Source: Minisyncoccota bacterium (GTDB lineage Bacteria; Patescibacteriota; Minisyncoccia; Phycocordibacterales; Phycocordibacteraceae). Taken from it: 64,000 nt of DNA. Every line of letters begins with the position of its first letter. The stretch's first letter is position 1. The translations under genes were made by a program, and so were the position numbers. The DNA is taken from positions 1,824 to 65,823 of the forward strand of contig DASPLK010000002.1 in the NCBI GenBank assembly GCA_035627595.1, written 5' to 3'. Below, one piece after another: positions 19,815 through 31,050 of the stretch. The notes under the pieces are model-generated. The model was not told the origin of the DNA. It worked only from the letters and a program-made list of their open reading frames with translations, and made no database searches.

Positions 19815-20063
19815 ATGAAGACAGACATCCATCCGGCAAACTACCGCCAGGTTATCTTCGAGGACATTGCCTCGGGGCAGTCTTTCCTTTTGGGCTCTAC
19901 TATCCGTACTACGGAGACGGGCACCTTTGAAGGCAAGGAGTACCCTAAGGTGATCGTCGAAATCTCGTCGAAGTCCCACCCGTTTTACACGGGCGAGGAC
20001 CGCACCCTCGATAAGACCGGTCGCGTTGAGCGCTTCAAGCAGCGCGCCGCAAAGCGTAAGTAA
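19815..20063 (+). CDS. rpmE: 50S ribosomal protein L31
   Basis: MKTDIHPANYRQVIF...HPFYTGE L31 signature. Confidence 0.85.
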   Translation: MKTDIHPANYRQVIFEDIASGQSFLLGSTIRTTETGTFEGKEYPKVIVEISSKSHPFYTGEDRTLDKTGRVERFKQRAAKRK

Positions 20064-20073
20064 CGACGCTTAC

Positions 20074-20106
20074 GAACGCCCGCCTCTACTAAGGAGGCGG
20101 GCGTTC
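20074..20106 (+). terminator. Hairpin terminator after rpmE
   Basis: gaacgcccgcctc-tactaag-gaggcgggcgttc, a perfect 13-bp stem. Confidence 0.6.
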
Positions 20107-20123
20107 TGCGCTATCATAGACCT

Positions 20124-21077
20124 ATGGAATACTCTCCAGAATTTAAAAAGAATTTCTCGACTGCGTATCTTGCGGAAGAGTACGAGCGTCTTGTCGCTGA
20201 GGCAGAAGAGGCTGTTTTTGCTGCAGGTGGAGATGCTGAGCTTCTCCTAATGGCTGAGGAGGACGTTAAGCGAATTGAGGAGCGTAAGGGTGAAATATTG
20301 AAGGAGATAGAGCGCATACTCGACAAGGACAAGGAGGAGGCTGCAAAGCCTCACGCCATCGTACTTGAGTTTAGGGCTGGTGCTGGCGGGGACGAGGCGA
20401 CCCTGTTTGCAGGTGAGCTTAAGGAGATGTACACGCGGTATGCGGAAGGGAAGGGGTGGAAAACGCGTGTCATCGACGACCTCACTGTAGAGATCCAGGG
20501 CACTGACGCGTATGACGCGCTGCGCTACGAGACTGGTGTGCACCGTGTGCAGCGTGTCCCGCTTACCGAGAAGTCCGGCCGTATACATACCTCAACCGCG
20601 TCAGTTGCAGCGCTACCAATCCGCCAGAAGCCATCGGTGGAGATCAACCCTGCGGATATACATATGGAATTCACGCGCTCGGGAGGCGCCGGCGGCCAGA
20701 ACGTGAATAAGGTTGAGTCTGCAGTGCGACTCGTGCATATCCCAACAGGCGTAGACGTGCGCTCCTCAAGCGAGCGCAGCCAGCTAGCCAATCGCGAAAA
20801 GGCTATGCAGATCCTAACCGCGAAGCTCGAGGCACTCGCCATCGAGGAAGAGGCAAAGCGGCACTCAGACCTGCGTGCAGGCCAGATTGGCACAGGGGAT
20901 CGTTCTGAGAAGATCAGGACCTATAATTTCCTCCAGGACCGCATTACCGACCATCGTCTGAAGGAGTCTTGGCACAACCTGCCTAAGATCATGGCAGGCG
21001 GACTTGATGACATTGTTGAGACTCTGAAGCAGCGTGCAGCCGAGGGTGGGGTGGGACCGGCCGAGGAGGCCGACTAG
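20124..21077 (+). CDS. prfA: Peptide chain release factor 1 (short form)
   Basis: GGQ motif ([24 protein letters not shown]). The [17 protein letters not shown] block aligns to the RF1 PxT tripeptide-anticodon region. 317 aa. Confidence 0.75.
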   Translation: MEYSPEFKKNFSTAYLAEEYERLVAEAEEAVFAAGGDAELLLMAEEDVKRIEERKGEILKEIERILDKDKEEAAKPHAIVLEFRAGAGGDEATLFAGELKEMYTRYAEGKGWKTRVIDDLTVEIQGTDAYDALRYETGVHRVQRVPLTEKSGRIHTSTASVAALPIRQKPSVEINPADIHMEFTRSGGAGGQNVNKVESAVRLVHIPTGVDVRSSSERSQLANREKAMQILTAKLEALAIEEEAKRHSDLRAGQIGTGDRSEKIRTYNFLQDRITDHRLKESWHNLPKIMAGGLDDIVETLKQRAAEGGVGPAEEAD

Positions 21078-21115
21078 CCCGGGAATTGCTTGTTTTATAG
21101 GCCCGTGATACCTTA

Positions 21116-21826
21116 ATGAACAATATGACCATACCAGAAATGGCCGGTGTTGGTGTTGACCGTCTCTTTGCGACGGGCGCTCACTTTGCTCAGTTGAAGA
21201 GCCGCCGGCATCCTTCAATGAAGCCCTACATTATCGGCACGAAGTCTCGCGTCGAGATCTTCGATCTTAAGAAGACCGACGAGCAGCTAGCAGCTGCTAA
21301 GGCCGCCATTGCCGCTCTTGCGCGCGATGGTAAGACCGTCCTCTTCGTAGGTGGCAAGCGCGAGGTCTCCGATATTCTTCGCGATACCGCCCGCCGCATC
21401 GGCGCACCATATGTTGCCGGCCGTTGGCTTGGAGGAACTATCTCCAACTTCACTGAAATCAAGAAGCGTATCGATCGCCTTGCTGATCTCTCGCAGAAGC
21501 GCGATGCAGGTGAGCTCACGAAGCTCTACACCAAGCTTGAGCGTATCTATATTGATCGCGAGATCGAGCGCCTCTCTGAGCGTCTTGAGGGCATCCGCGA
21601 CCTTTCCAAGCGTCCTGACGCCATGGTCATCGTTGATACGCGCCATGAGGCACACGCAACCAAGGAGGCACGGGAGGCTGGCATCCCAGTCATCGGTGTC
21701 ATGAGCTCTGACTGCAACATCAAGGATGCTGCGTATCCGATCGCAGGTAACGATTCCTCCCGCGAGACCGTTACCCTTATCCTCAACGAGCTCGCTGCTG
21801 CATACGAGCAGGGCCGCAAAGGCTAG
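21116..21826 (+). CDS. rpsB: 30S ribosomal protein S2
   Basis: GAHFAQLKSRRHPSMKPYI...TVLFVGGKRE S2 family motifs. Confidence 0.85.
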   Translation: MNNMTIPEMAGVGVDRLFATGAHFAQLKSRRHPSMKPYIIGTKSRVEIFDLKKTDEQLAAAKAAIAALARDGKTVLFVGGKREVSDILRDTARRIGAPYVAGRWLGGTISNFTEIKKRIDRLADLSQKRDAGELTKLYTKLERIYIDREIERLSERLEGIRDLSKRPDAMVIVDTRHEAHATKEAREAGIPVIGVMSSDCNIKDAAYPIAGNDSSRETVTLILNELAAAYEQGRKG

Positions 21827-21880
21827 AGTAAAGCCGCATTGCGGCTTCGCTCGTTTATCTATTTAGATCTACCTGTACCT

Positions 21881-22462
21881 ATGGAAATCACGACCGAAAC
21901 ACTGAAGATGCTTCGCGACAAGACGGGCGTCTCTGTTATGCAGTGCAAGAAGGCGCTTGAGGAGGCAAATGGCGATGTTGATCAGGCCGAAGTAATCCTC
22001 AGGAAGCGTTCTGGTGCTGCTGCTGATAAGAAGGCTGACCGTGAGCTTGGCGCGGGCGCGGTTGCGACCTACGTACACGGCGGCGAGATTGGCGCAATGG
22101 TGCTCCTTTCTTGCGAAACTGACTTCGTCGCTCGCAACGAGGAATTTCCGCAGCTTGCCCGCGAGATCGCTATGCAGGTAGCAGCATCGAACCCGACGTA
22201 CCTATCCGAGACTGAGATCAGCGAGGAAGCAAGGAACGCAGCCATGGCGGTCTTTAAGGAGGAGGTGAAAGATAAGTCTGAGGACATGCAGGAGAAGATT
22301 CTTGAGGGCAAAATGAAGAGCTACTTCAAGGACCAGGTTCTTCTAGAGCAGGCATACATCAAGGACGATTCCAAGACCGTTCGCGACCTCATCACCGAGG
22401 CTTCGCAGAAGTTCGGCGAGCGCGTCGAGATCAGCAAGTTTGCGCGCTTTAGCGCCCGCTAG
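21881..22462 (+). CDS. tsf: Elongation factor Ts
   Basis: LKMLRDKTGVSVMQCKKALEEANGDVDQAEVILRK UBA-like N-terminus and the ETDFVARNEEF core. Confidence 0.85.
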   Translation: MEITTETLKMLRDKTGVSVMQCKKALEEANGDVDQAEVILRKRSGAAADKKADRELGAGAVATYVHGGEIGAMVLLSCETDFVARNEEFPQLAREIAMQVAASNPTYLSETEISEEARNAAMAVFKEEVKDKSEDMQEKILEGKMKSYFKDQVLLEQAYIKDDSKTVRDLITEASQKFGERVEISKFARFSAR

Positions 22463-22468
22463 CCGCCT

Positions 22469-22873
22469 ATGGCGTACCTGATCGCCATAGCCATCTCATT
22501 CCTACTCCTTGGCGGTTTCCTCGCGCTCACGCGCTTTGAGACTGGACGGGGCGTACGGTTCTTTGGAAGCATTCGTACTCGCTTTGATACAGGCGTCGAG
22601 CGTACGAGCTTCATCATCCGCCATGTTGATTGGAGTGCCGTGCTTGCGACACTTGTACGTACCGCTGCAGCGCGTATCGTGCATGACATCGCGCACGCGT
22701 CCCTGATAGCCGTGCGTATCATTGAGCGCCTTCTTACGCGCGTGGTAAAGTACCTGCGCTCAAGTCGTCAGCAGGCGGCCGCGACAAGCGACAGGAAGAA
22801 GTTCGACTTGCGTGCGTCCTTGGCGCAATTGCGTCAAACCCTGAAGAAGGCAAAAGAAGAGGCAGAGGTGTGA
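22469..22873 (+). CDS. Hypothetical small membrane protein
   Basis: N-terminal TM (LIAIAISFLLLGGFLAL). No recognisable motif. Follows tsf. Confidence 0.35.
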   Translation: MAYLIAIAISFLLLGGFLALTRFETGRGVRFFGSIRTRFDTGVERTSFIIRHVDWSAVLATLVRTAAARIVHDIAHASLIAVRIIERLLTRVVKYLRSSRQQAAATSDRKKFDLRASLAQLRQTLKKAKEEAEV

Positions 22874-22888
22874 TACAGTGCGTTGTGC

Positions 22889-22965
22889 GCCAGCGTAGCT
22901 CAGTTGGTTAGAGCAGCTGTTTTGTAAACAGCAGGTCGTCGGTTCGAACCCGACCGCTGGCTCCA
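22889..22965 (+). tRNA. tRNA-Thr (anticodon UGU), CCA encoded
   Basis: Cloverleaf read by eye: acceptor GCCAGCG/CGCTGGC; D-arm TAGCTCAGTTGGTTAGAGC; anticodon stem GCTGT/ACAGC with loop TTTGTAA (UGU); T-arm GTCGG-TTCGAAC-CCGAC; discriminator T, then CCA. Confidence 0.8.
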
Positions 22966-22970
22966 AACGA

Positions 22971-22994
22971 AAACGGCCCCATATGGGGCCGTTT
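22971..22994. terminator. Bidirectional hairpin between tRNA-Thr and the convergent thioredoxin-like gene
   Basis: aaacggcccc-atat-ggggccgttt. Confidence 0.6.
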
Positions 22995-22997
22995 CGC

Positions 22998-23681
22998 TTA
23001 TCGCTTTGAGGTTGTTGTGGCAGTCGATGTCGCCATCTCAAAGAGACGCTTGGGGAACTTCGGTTCAAACTCCTCGACTGAGGTGAATCCATTCACGCGC
23101 TTGCCGTCGATGACGAAAGCCGGGAAAGGAGCCTTTATCTTTTCGACAGCAATGAGAGTGGAGAGGGCGCCAAGATCAAGGTTGTAGTCGAAGGAGTAGA
23201 CGCGAAGTGACGGGTACGTTTCGCGCAGGTACGAGAGCGCAGCACCGGCCCTATCACAATCCGGACAATCACCCTCATTGGAGTAGAAGTAGAGGACCAC
23301 GACTGGCTCGAGATCACAGGCCTCTGCAAGGCGCTTGGTGAGGAGGTAATCGCGGATCTGCAGAAGGGTGTACTGCTTCTTCAATTGCAGCACCTGCGCA
23401 TCGTCGCTACCGAGCCGCTCCTCGGTCACGGCGACCTTGTCGCCTAAGGTCGATACCTCACGTGAGAGTACGTTGCCCTCGGTGAGGTTCTCACACGACG
23501 CTTCTTCAAGGAGCGAGAACTGGGTCTCTATGGAAAGGGTGTCGGTTGCGAGCTGGTTTTGGATAGCTGCAAGGTCGGCAGCACGCTCACGGTTCAAGCG
23601 ATCAATAAGGTAGGCGATCGAACCGATGATGGCGATTGTGATAATGAGTGCGAGAAGCGCGTTACGGGTGAGTAGATTCAT
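22998..23681 (-). CDS. Membrane-anchored thioredoxin-fold protein with coiled-coil (CxxC)
   Basis: N-terminal TM (ALLALIITIAIIGSIAYLI). Coiled-coil segment. VVLYFYSNEGDCPDCDRAG is a thioredoxin-like CPDC motif. Confidence 0.5.
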   Translation of the reverse strand: MNLLTRNALLALIITIAIIGSIAYLIDRLNRERAADLAAIQNQLATDTLSIETQFSLLEEASCENLTEGNVLSREVSTLGDKVAVTEERLGSDDAQVLQLKKQYTLLQIRDYLLTKRLAEACDLEPVVVLYFYSNEGDCPDCDRAGAALSYLRETYPSLRVYSFDYNLDLGALSTLIAVEKIKAPFPAFVIDGKRVNGFTSVEEFEPKFPKRLFEMATSTATTTSKR

Positions 23682-23697
23682 ACAGAAAGGTTACTAA

Positions 23698-24966
23698 TTA
23701 GCGCCACGGCCGGCGGGTGCCAGTCGCAACATCAGCGATTGACCGGATGAGCCAGAACGGCGCGATAAGGCCGTATAGGAAGATCCAGCCGAGGACGCCT
23801 AATGAAAGCTTAGCAGGGGTCTTAGAAATGTGCTTGCCCATGATAATGAACATCACAGAGCCTAGGGCGGCGACCATGGCGAGCGTCACGAATACCGTAA
23901 CGGGGAAGTAAAAGAGGTCAAAACTGAAGCGCGGCGTGAGGAGATAGGAGAGCGGGAGGCCGTGCGTGGTGCTGTAGGTCTGGATAGAATCGGAAATGAA
24001 CTGGTAGACGACGATAAAGGTCATCATGATACCGCCAACGATTGCGAAGAAGCCCAGAGGAAGCACGATAAGGCCGAGAACGCCAAATGCAGGATTGCCG
24101 ACCATGTCGCGGTAGTCATAAAGAACGTTTCGGAGGAATCCAGTCGTCCAGCGGACACGCTGCTTAATTAGGGACGGCACGCTCTTAGGGCTCTGTGCAT
24201 ATACGCGCGCCTTATAGGCGTTCTCGATCCAATAGCCGTTGCGCTGAAGGCGAAGTGCCATTTCCATGTCCTCTGCGTTATGGCCATTTCTAAAGCCGCC
24301 CACTTCCTCCACGATACTCCTGCGGTAGAGAGAGAACGGGCCCGGAGTCACATAGATGCCGTTTACGGACGCGAGTATGTGGCGAAGTGCGATGCCGAGG
24401 ATATACTCCACATTCTGCATTGCTTCTATAAGTGTTTTTGGCTGATGGACTGACATGGCGACCGTCACAGCACCCACCTTCGGTTCTTCGAAATAGGGGA
24501 CAGTCTCTTTTAGTGCATTTGGCTCTACGAACGAGTCGGCGTCCATGCAGCCGACAATCTCTGCATCCGTTATCGCGATGCCCGCATTAAGGGCTGTGTG
24601 CTTGCCGCCATTCTCCTTATGCACAATGGTGACTCGCGGATTGCCCTTGAACGCTTCAAGCTCCTTGGCAGAGTTATCGGTCGACCCGTCATCTACGACG
24701 ACGATAGAAAGTTTGTCCTTAGGGTAATCAAGCGCAAGTAGGGAGTCGACACTGCCACGGATGGTACGCTCCTCGTTCCAGCAGGGAACAATGAGGGCGA
24801 CCGTGGGGGTCGCGTCAGAGAAAACACGGTTGCGGCTTGCGCGCGCTGGACCAGAAAGGAAGGTCAGCAGCAAAAAGACCTCGAAATAGATGGCCGCAAA
24901 AAGGAAGGGATACGAGATTAGCTCGAAATACATAAATGGGCCCGGATGTACCTGAAAGCCTAGCAA
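23698..24966 (-). CDS. Processive family-2 glycosyltransferase (PgaC/cellulose-synthase-like)
   Basis: ALIVPCWNEE...VVVDDGSTD (DxD context), GCMDADS, and a QRVRW (QxxRW) processivity motif, with flanking TM helices. Confidence 0.75.
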   Translation of the reverse strand: MLGFQVHPGPFMYFELISYPFLFAAIYFEVFLLLTFLSGPARASRNRVFSDATPTVALIVPCWNEERTIRGSVDSLLALDYPKDKLSIVVVDDGSTDNSAKELEAFKGNPRVTIVHKENGGKHTALNAGIAITDAEIVGCMDADSFVEPNALKETVPYFEEPKVGAVTVAMSVHQPKTLIEAMQNVEYILGIALRHILASVNGIYVTPGPFSLYRRSIVEEVGGFRNGHNAEDMEMALRLQRNGYWIENAYKARVYAQSPKSVPSLIKQRVRWTTGFLRNVLYDYRDMVGNPAFGVLGLIVLPLGFFAIVGGIMMTFIVVYQFISDSIQTYSTTHGLPLSYLLTPRFSFDLFYFPVTVFVTLAMVAALGSVMFIIMGKHISKTPAKLSLGVLGWIFLYGLIAPFWLIRSIADVATGTRRPWR

Positions 24967-25018
24967 ATATAGGTCCCTTTTCCTAGTTCGTACATGAAGT
25001 GTTTCCGGGTATACTCAA

Positions 25019-25756
25019 ATGAACATGGAAGAAGGTCGCCTGCATCCTATAACGGTCGCCATCCGCGAAATGGCGGAGATATTCGGCCGCATGGGCTTCT
25101 CGGTAGCCCAGGGTCCCGAACTCGAGACCGAGCACTACAACTTCAATGCACTTAACATTCCCGCAGACCATCCTGCGCGCGATATGCAGGACACCTTCTG
25201 GACCACGGAGGAGCCGCGACGCGTGCCGCGCACGCAGACCTCACCGATGCAGGTCCGGTATATGGAAGCGCAAGTAGCAAAGGGCATCTTGCCGCCGTAT
25301 CGCATCATCGTTCCCGGCAAGGTGTTCCGAAACGAAGCGACCGACGCGACGCATGAGGCGCAGTTCTATCAGAATGAGGGACTCGCAATAGGAGAGGACG
25401 TATCGCTCGCGAACCTGAAGGGAACGCTCGATACCTTCTTCAAGGAATACCTGGGCGAGGGGTCGCGCGTGCGTTTCCGTCCGAGCTACTTCCCGTTCGT
25501 GGAGCCCGGCGTCGAGGTAGACGTATGGTTCGAACCGGAAGGGAAGGAAGGACGATGGCTCGAGGTCATGGGCGCGGGTATGGTGCATCCAACCGTAATA
25601 AAGAATGCAGGACTCGATCCTGAGAAGTATCAGGGCTTCGCGTTTGGTGGCGGCATCGAGCGACTCATCATGGTGAAGTATGGCGTGCCTGACGTGCGGC
25701 TCTTCCATGGAGGCGATGTGCGATTCGTGCATGGGTTCGCTGAATCAGAAGTATGA
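25019..25756 (+). CDS. pheS: Phenylalanine--tRNA ligase alpha subunit (short form)
   Basis: FNALNIPADHPARDMQDTFW and class II motifs 2 and 3. 245 aa, lacking the N-terminal extension. Confidence 0.85.
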   Translation: MNMEEGRLHPITVAIREMAEIFGRMGFSVAQGPELETEHYNFNALNIPADHPARDMQDTFWTTEEPRRVPRTQTSPMQVRYMEAQVAKGILPPYRIIVPGKVFRNEATDATHEAQFYQNEGLAIGEDVSLANLKGTLDTFFKEYLGEGSRVRFRPSYFPFVEPGVEVDVWFEPEGKEGRWLEVMGAGMVHPTVIKNAGLDPEKYQGFAFGGGIERLIMVKYGVPDVRLFHGGDVRFVHGFAESEV

Positions 25757-27645
25757 GGATTTCCCGCACCTGGTTACAGAAGTACTTTGATACAGAGCTC
25801 CCGAGCGCTGAAGTCATTGCTGATGCGTTGACCTTCCACGCGTTTGAGATAGAGGAGGTAGATGGTGAGGTGCTCGATATCAAGGTGCTTCCCGATAGGG
25901 CTGCGTATGCGCTTTCGCACCGCGGCATCGCGACCGAGGTTGCAGCGAACTTGAAGATCCCGCTCGTGCGCGATCCGCTACGCGAGGCGCTCCCGACATG
26001 GACTCCAGCAGATGAGCTTGTTCTTACAAGAGGCGTTGAGGATAAGGTGAACCGTAAAATGGGTGCGCTCGTGCGTGGCGTAAGGGTAGGTCCGTCCCCT
26101 TCGTGGCTTAAGGAAGCGCTCGAATCAGTCGGAGCGCGTTCAATAAATAATGTCGTCGATGCAACTAACTACGTGACCCTAAACATGGGGCAGCCCTTGC
26201 ATGCGTTTGATGCAAAAAAGATCACGTGGCATGACAGCAAGCTCCATATCACCGTTCGTGGTGCCGCTGCAGGTGAGAAGATAACCGTGCTTACCGGCGA
26301 GACGTACACGCTTCCAGAAGGAGCGCTCGTCATCGCGGAAGCGGTCGAGGGTACGGCGCTCGATATCGCTGGCATCAAGGGCGGGGCAGCGTCAGCGATA
26401 ACGGAAGATACGACCGATCTGTTCGTCTCGGTCGCGAACTTTGACGGCCCTTCGGTCAGGAAAACGGCACAGGCATTGAACCTCTTCACTGATGCTTCGC
26501 TCAGGTTCCAGAATAAGATTTCCCCGGAGCTTGCTGCCTATGGCATGCGCGACGTATTGGCGCTCATACAGGAGGTTGCTGGGGGAGAGGTTGTTGGTGT
26601 GAATGATGTATACGGAGGAGGCACTGCGCCGGTGGTGGTCTCGGTATCCCTCGATCGTGTGAACCGACTTCTCGGGACCGCGCTCTCTTCGGACGACATC
26701 GAGAGCGCACTTGCCCGGCTCGGTCTTTCGTTTGTGGCTGAGGGCAATGTCTATACGGTGACGCCTTCATTCGAACGCCGTGACCTCGTCATCGATGCAG
26801 ACCTTATAGAAGAGATAGGACGTATCATTGGGTACGACGCCATTGCGAGTGCACAGCTTTCACCGATAGCGCGCCCGCTCGAGAGCGCGCGCTATGCGGG
26901 TGTGGAACGCATCAGGGATTTGCTCCGCATGCGCGGCTATACAGAGATCTCGACCCAGAGCTTCGCATCCACGGGAGATATTATGCTTGCTAATCCTCTT
27001 GATGTATCTAAGCCCGCGCTCCGTACGGCTCTATCAGAAAACATGCAGGCCGCCCTTGCACGCGCCGTCCAGTTGGCGCCCCGCGTGCTCGGACCCTCAA
27101 TACCTGTACGGCTTTTTGAAATAGGATCAGTATTCCCAAAGGACGGGGAGCATCTTTCACTCGTTATCGGATACGCCGCTACGGCAGGGAAAACTAAGGA
27201 GGAACACCTAAGTGAAATTCTGGACGCACTTAATGACGAGCTTGGGCTTGCTGGGCCAGTGGCACGCACATCCGAATCGGTGGCAGAGCTCTCGCTTCGC
27301 GCGGTCGATCTCGAGTCACTCGGAAGGGATTACGCGCCGCTACCGTTCTCGCTCGGTACATTTCGCATGTACTCCATCTATCCGTTTGCGCTTCGCGATA
27401 TTGCGGTCTGGACCCCTGAAGGCACAGCAGAGTCCGAGGTCGCAAACCAGATATTGAAGGAGGCGGGTGATAACCTCGTGCGCATCGATCTATTTGATCG
27501 CTTCGAAAAGGACAGCCGCATTTCCTACGCGTTCCGTCTCGTATTTGAAAGCAAGGAACGCACGCTTTCAGACGCTGATCTTGATCCTGCCATGGCGCGT
27601 GTTACTCAGGCGCTCAATTCCCAAGAGGGCTGGACCGTACGCTAA
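25753..27645 (+). CDS. pheT: Phenylalanine--tRNA ligase beta subunit (short form)
   Basis: MRISRTWLQKYFD start and B3/4 and B5-like blocks. ATG overlaps the pheS stop. 630 aa. Confidence 0.8.
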   Translation: MRISRTWLQKYFDTELPSAEVIADALTFHAFEIEEVDGEVLDIKVLPDRAAYALSHRGIATEVAANLKIPLVRDPLREALPTWTPADELVLTRGVEDKVNRKMGALVRGVRVGPSPSWLKEALESVGARSINNVVDATNYVTLNMGQPLHAFDAKKITWHDSKLHITVRGAAAGEKITVLTGETYTLPEGALVIAEAVEGTALDIAGIKGGAASAITEDTTDLFVSVANFDGPSVRKTAQALNLFTDASLRFQNKISPELAAYGMRDVLALIQEVAGGEVVGVNDVYGGGTAPVVVSVSLDRVNRLLGTALSSDDIESALARLGLSFVAEGNVYTVTPSFERRDLVIDADLIEEIGRIIGYDAIASAQLSPIARPLESARYAGVERIRDLLRMRGYTEISTQSFASTGDIMLANPLDVSKPALRTALSENMQAALARAVQLAPRVLGPSIPVRLFEIGSVFPKDGEHLSLVIGYAATAGKTKEEHLSEILDALNDELGLAGPVARTSESVAELSLRAVDLESLGRDYAPLPFSLGTFRMYSIYPFALRDIAVWTPEGTAESEVANQILKEAGDNLVRIDLFDRFEKDSRISYAFRLVFESKERTLSDADLDPAMARVTQALNSQEGWTVR

Positions 27646-28283
27646 TGGAAAAGCACCTGTATTTCGTCAGACACGGTGAGAGCAACTCTAATGTTGATGG
27701 TGTGATGCGTGGCATCGATTCCATACTTACGGATAAAGGGCATAAAGAGGCTGCATTCGTAGCAGAACGTATGACGCATATAGGTGTCGATGCGGTGATC
27801 GCAAGTACGTATCCGCGTGCTATTCAGACCGCTACACCTATAGTCCAGGCACTTGGCTTGTCACTCGAGACCAATGATCTTCTTATTGAGCGCCGTTCGC
27901 CGAGCGCTTTCCGCAACAAGTCCCAGGATGCAGAACTCAAGGACGAGGTACAGACGTTCCAGGCACGATACTGCGAAGACGGGTACGTGCACTCGGATGA
28001 AGAGACATTGCCGCAGATGCGCGAGCGTTCCTTGGCCGCGCTGCGCTTCCTCGAAGAGCACCCTGCAACGCGGATATGCGTGGTTACGCATGGGATATTC
28101 CTTCACGCGCTTTTCTGTGCCCTTTATGAGGGTCCGTCGTATACAGGAAAGGATTTCCAGAAGACCTGGAAGATGGCGACCCATAATACGGGCATCTCCT
28201 ACATCAGACGCCTAGAAGAGGGACATCATTGGGAGCGCGACTGGCATATCGTATCCTGGAACGACCTGGCCCATTTAGGCTAG
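27645..28283 (+). CDS. Histidine phosphatase family protein (phosphoglycerate-mutase-like)
   Basis: LYFVRHGESNSN RHG catalytic motif. Start overlaps the pheT stop (TAATG). Confidence 0.75.
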   Translation: MEKHLYFVRHGESNSNVDGVMRGIDSILTDKGHKEAAFVAERMTHIGVDAVIASTYPRAIQTATPIVQALGLSLETNDLLIERRSPSAFRNKSQDAELKDEVQTFQARYCEDGYVHSDEETLPQMRERSLAALRFLEEHPATRICVVTHGIFLHALFCALYEGPSYTGKDFQKTWKMATHNTGISYIRRLEEGHHWERDWHIVSWNDLAHLG

Positions 28284-28356
28284 CAAGTAGGCTCTATTTC
28301 AGTGCTTTAAGCAGGGGAAAACTTGCACTTGATGTGCTATACTTTACGTAAGAAAC

Positions 28357-30444
28357 ATGGCCAAAGCCGCAGATAATAAAGAGAAAAAAGCTGCCGCAAA
28401 GGGCAGCTCGTACGATGCCTCATCGATTACCGTCCTTGAGGGTCTTGACCCAGTCCGTAAGCGTCCGGGTATGTACATCGGTACCACCGGTCCCGATGGC
28501 CTCCACCATCTCATCTGGGAGATTTTCGATAACTCACGTGATGAGGCAATGGGTGGTCATGCTGACGATATCGAGATCGCACTGTTGCCAAATAACCGCA
28601 TTCGCGTTGTCGATAACGGACGCGGCATCCCGGTAGACAAGCACCCGCAGACCAAAGTATCCGCGCTTGAGATGATCATGACTACGCTCCATGCCGGCGG
28701 TAAGTTCGGTGGAGAATCTTCCGGCTACAAAGTATCCGGCGGTCTTCACGGCGTGGGCGCATCAGTCGTCAACGCGCTTTCGACCTGGGCACGTGCCGAG
28801 GTGCATCGCGACGGTGCGGTACATGAACAGGAATACAACATCGGCAAGCCAAAGAGTGCGGTAAAGAAGATAGGAACTTCTGATCGTCGAGGAACTATTA
28901 TCTCCTTCGAGGCGGACCCAACGATCTTCCAGGAGATCAAGTATGATTGGCACCGAATCGCCAACCATGTCCGCCAGCAGGCGTACCTTGTGAAGGGCAC
29001 GCGTATCTCTGTGATTGATGCCCGCAATCTCGAGTCGGTATCCGATGCGGGCGCCTTTTATCTCCGCGAACTCGGACTTGAAGCACCCTCGATGACTTTC
29101 TACTTCGAGGGAGGTCTTCGCTCTCTTGTATCATTCTATAACCAGCACCAGACCCCGGCCCATAAGAACATCTTTTATGTCGATGGCGGGGAAGGAGACG
29201 TCGCAGTCGAGGTAGCGTTCCAGTACACGGATGATCTCACGCCGCGCCTCCTGGCGTTTGCGAACAACATCTACAACCCCGAGCACGGTATGCACGTGAC
29301 GGGATTTAAGACTGCGCTAACGCGTACCCTTAATGCATACGGTCGCTCCTCCGGCATCCTCAAGGATAGCGAGGAAAACTTTACGGGAGACGATGTTCTG
29401 GAGGGCATCACGGCCGTTATATCGGTGAAGATGCCTGAGATCCAATTCGAAGGCCAGACTAAGGGAAAGCTAGGTTCCGTGGAAGCGCGCGGCGCTGTCG
29501 AGAGCGTATTTGGCGGCGCGCTGTCGTCATTCTTCGAAGAGAACCCGGATGATGCAAAAGCAATCGTTAACAAGGTGCTTATAGCGCTCAAGGCGCGTAA
29601 GGCTGCTAAGGCCGCAAAGGATTCAGTGCTCCGCAAGGGTGCATTGGAAGGAATGACCCTTCCAGGCAAACTTGCCGACTGCCAGACCAAAGCTGCGGAA
29701 GAGTCCGAACTCTTTATTGTGGAGGGAGACTCCGCAGGCGGTACCGCGAAGACCGGACGCGACCGCCGTACCCAGGCCATCCTTCCGCTACGCGGAAAGA
29801 TCCTCAACATTGAGCGCGCGCGCCTCGATAAGATGCTCGCTTCAGAGCAGATCAAGAACCTTGTCGTTGCGCTCGGTACCGCGATTGGCGATGTCTTCGA
29901 TATTACGAAGCTCCGCTATCACAAGATCATCATTGCAACCGATGCTGACGTCGACGGCGCCCATATTCGTACGCTTCTTCTGACTCTTTTCTATCGCCAT
30001 TTCCGTGCAGTTATCGATGGCGGGTATATCTATATCGCTCAGCCACCTCTCTACAAAATCAAGCGCGGCAAGGAAGTGCTTTACGCATACACCGATGAGG
30101 ATAAATTCAAGATTCTAGGCAAGGACGCTGAACTTTTGGAAGACCCCGGCGAGAACGAGGGTACAAGCGAGGAGGGTGAAAATGAGTCTGAGGAAGAGGA
30201 GGAAACTACCTCATCCAAGAAGTCCGCTAAGATCTCCATTCAGCGTTATAAGGGTCTTGGTGAGATGAACGCATCCGAGCTCTGGGAAACTACTATGGAT
30301 CCGAACCGTCGCGTTCTCAAGCGTGTCACTATTGAAGACGCAACCGAGGCAGACCGCATCTTCGGAGTACTTATGGGTACGGACGTTGCAAGTCGCAAAG
30401 CATTTATACAAAGCAACGCGAAGCTCGCAAATATTGATGTTTAG
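28357..30444 (+). CDS. gyrB: DNA gyrase subunit B
   Basis: [20 protein letters not shown] (GHKL ATPase N-box), [13 protein letters not shown] motif, QRYKGLGEM. Acidic insertion near the C-terminus. Confidence 0.85.
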   Translation: MAKAADNKEKKAAAKGSSYDASSITVLEGLDPVRKRPGMYIGTTGPDGLHHLIWEIFDNSRDEAMGGHADDIEIALLPNNRIRVVDNGRGIPVDKHPQTKVSALEMIMTTLHAGGKFGGESSGYKVSGGLHGVGASVVNALSTWARAEVHRDGAVHEQEYNIGKPKSAVKKIGTSDRRGTIISFEADPTIFQEIKYDWHRIANHVRQQAYLVKGTRISVIDARNLESVSDAGAFYLRELGLEAPSMTFYFEGGLRSLVSFYNQHQTPAHKNIFYVDGGEGDVAVEVAFQYTDDLTPRLLAFANNIYNPEHGMHVTGFKTALTRTLNAYGRSSGILKDSEENFTGDDVLEGITAVISVKMPEIQFEGQTKGKLGSVEARGAVESVFGGALSSFFEENPDDAKAIVNKVLIALKARKAAKAAKDSVLRKGALEGMTLPGKLADCQTKAAEESELFIVEGDSAGGTAKTGRDRRTQAILPLRGKILNIERARLDKMLASEQIKNLVVALGTAIGDVFDITKLRYHKIIIATDADVDGAHIRTLLLTLFYRHFRAVIDGGYIYIAQPPLYKIKRGKEVLYAYTDEDKFKILGKDAELLEDPGENEGTSEEGENESEEEEETTSSKKSAKISIQRYKGLGEMNASELWETTMDPNRRVLKRVTIEDATEADRIFGVLMGTDVASRKAFIQSNAKLANIDV

Positions 30445-30950
30445 TGCGGGATAGCTTTAACGTAGTTCATTCCGTAGCTGGTGTCACAGGTAGGACAACA
30501 ACTTACATGGTTCGTGGGCCCATTTACAAACCTATCTTCGGTAGCGAGACTTGCCATCACATACGTAGCTTCTGAGCAGCTATATTTCATGTATGCATGA
30601 CTTTGGACTGACGCGCTTGAGGAACGAGCGCCTGTGGGGTCAATTATCTCGCTCGGTACGTATCCACCATTTACTAAGCACATTGCAGTAGAGGTGTGGC
30701 CGCTATACGCTACATTGAACCAGCCACTACCGTTTCCACCACTACCACATCCGCTTCCGGAACCTGCAAAGGTGCCGTGATCTAACGCATATAAATAGAG
30801 CGCTTTAATGATGGTATCAACATCAGCCTTGCGCCTGGCATCCAGCGCCTTGAATCGCGCGCTATTTAGCGATACGAGGACGGTCGCAGAAAGGATACCT
30901 ATGATGGCGATGACAACCAATAATTCAATAAGAGTGAATCCGCGCTTCAT
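30441..30950 (-). CDS. Type IV pilin-like protein (prepilin signal), Cys-rich C-terminal domain
   Basis: MKRG|[39 protein letters not shown]. Its 3' end overlaps the gyrB stop (convergent). Confidence 0.85.
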   Translation of the reverse strand: MKRGFTLIELLVVIAIIGILSATVLVSLNSARFKALDARRKADVDTIIKALYLYALDHGTFAGSGSGCGSGGNGSGWFNVAYSGHTSTAMCLVNGGYVPSEIIDPTGARSSSASVQSHAYMKYSCSEATYVMASLATEDRFVNGPTNHVSCCPTCDTSYGMNYVKAIPH

Positions 30951-31002
30951 ATATACGTTATACCCTGTTGAGATATGGACGCCATGCCTGACTTAGGATA
31001 AC

Positions 31003-31030
31003 AAAAAGCCCCACGTGCGTGGGGCTTTTT
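31003..31030 (-). terminator. Hairpin terminator for minus-strand gene 31051..31848
   Basis: aaaaagccccac-gtgc-gtggggcttttt. On the minus strand it is followed by TTTTTGTT. Confidence 0.6.
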
Positions 31031-31050
31031 GTAAATGGAGTAGGGAACCC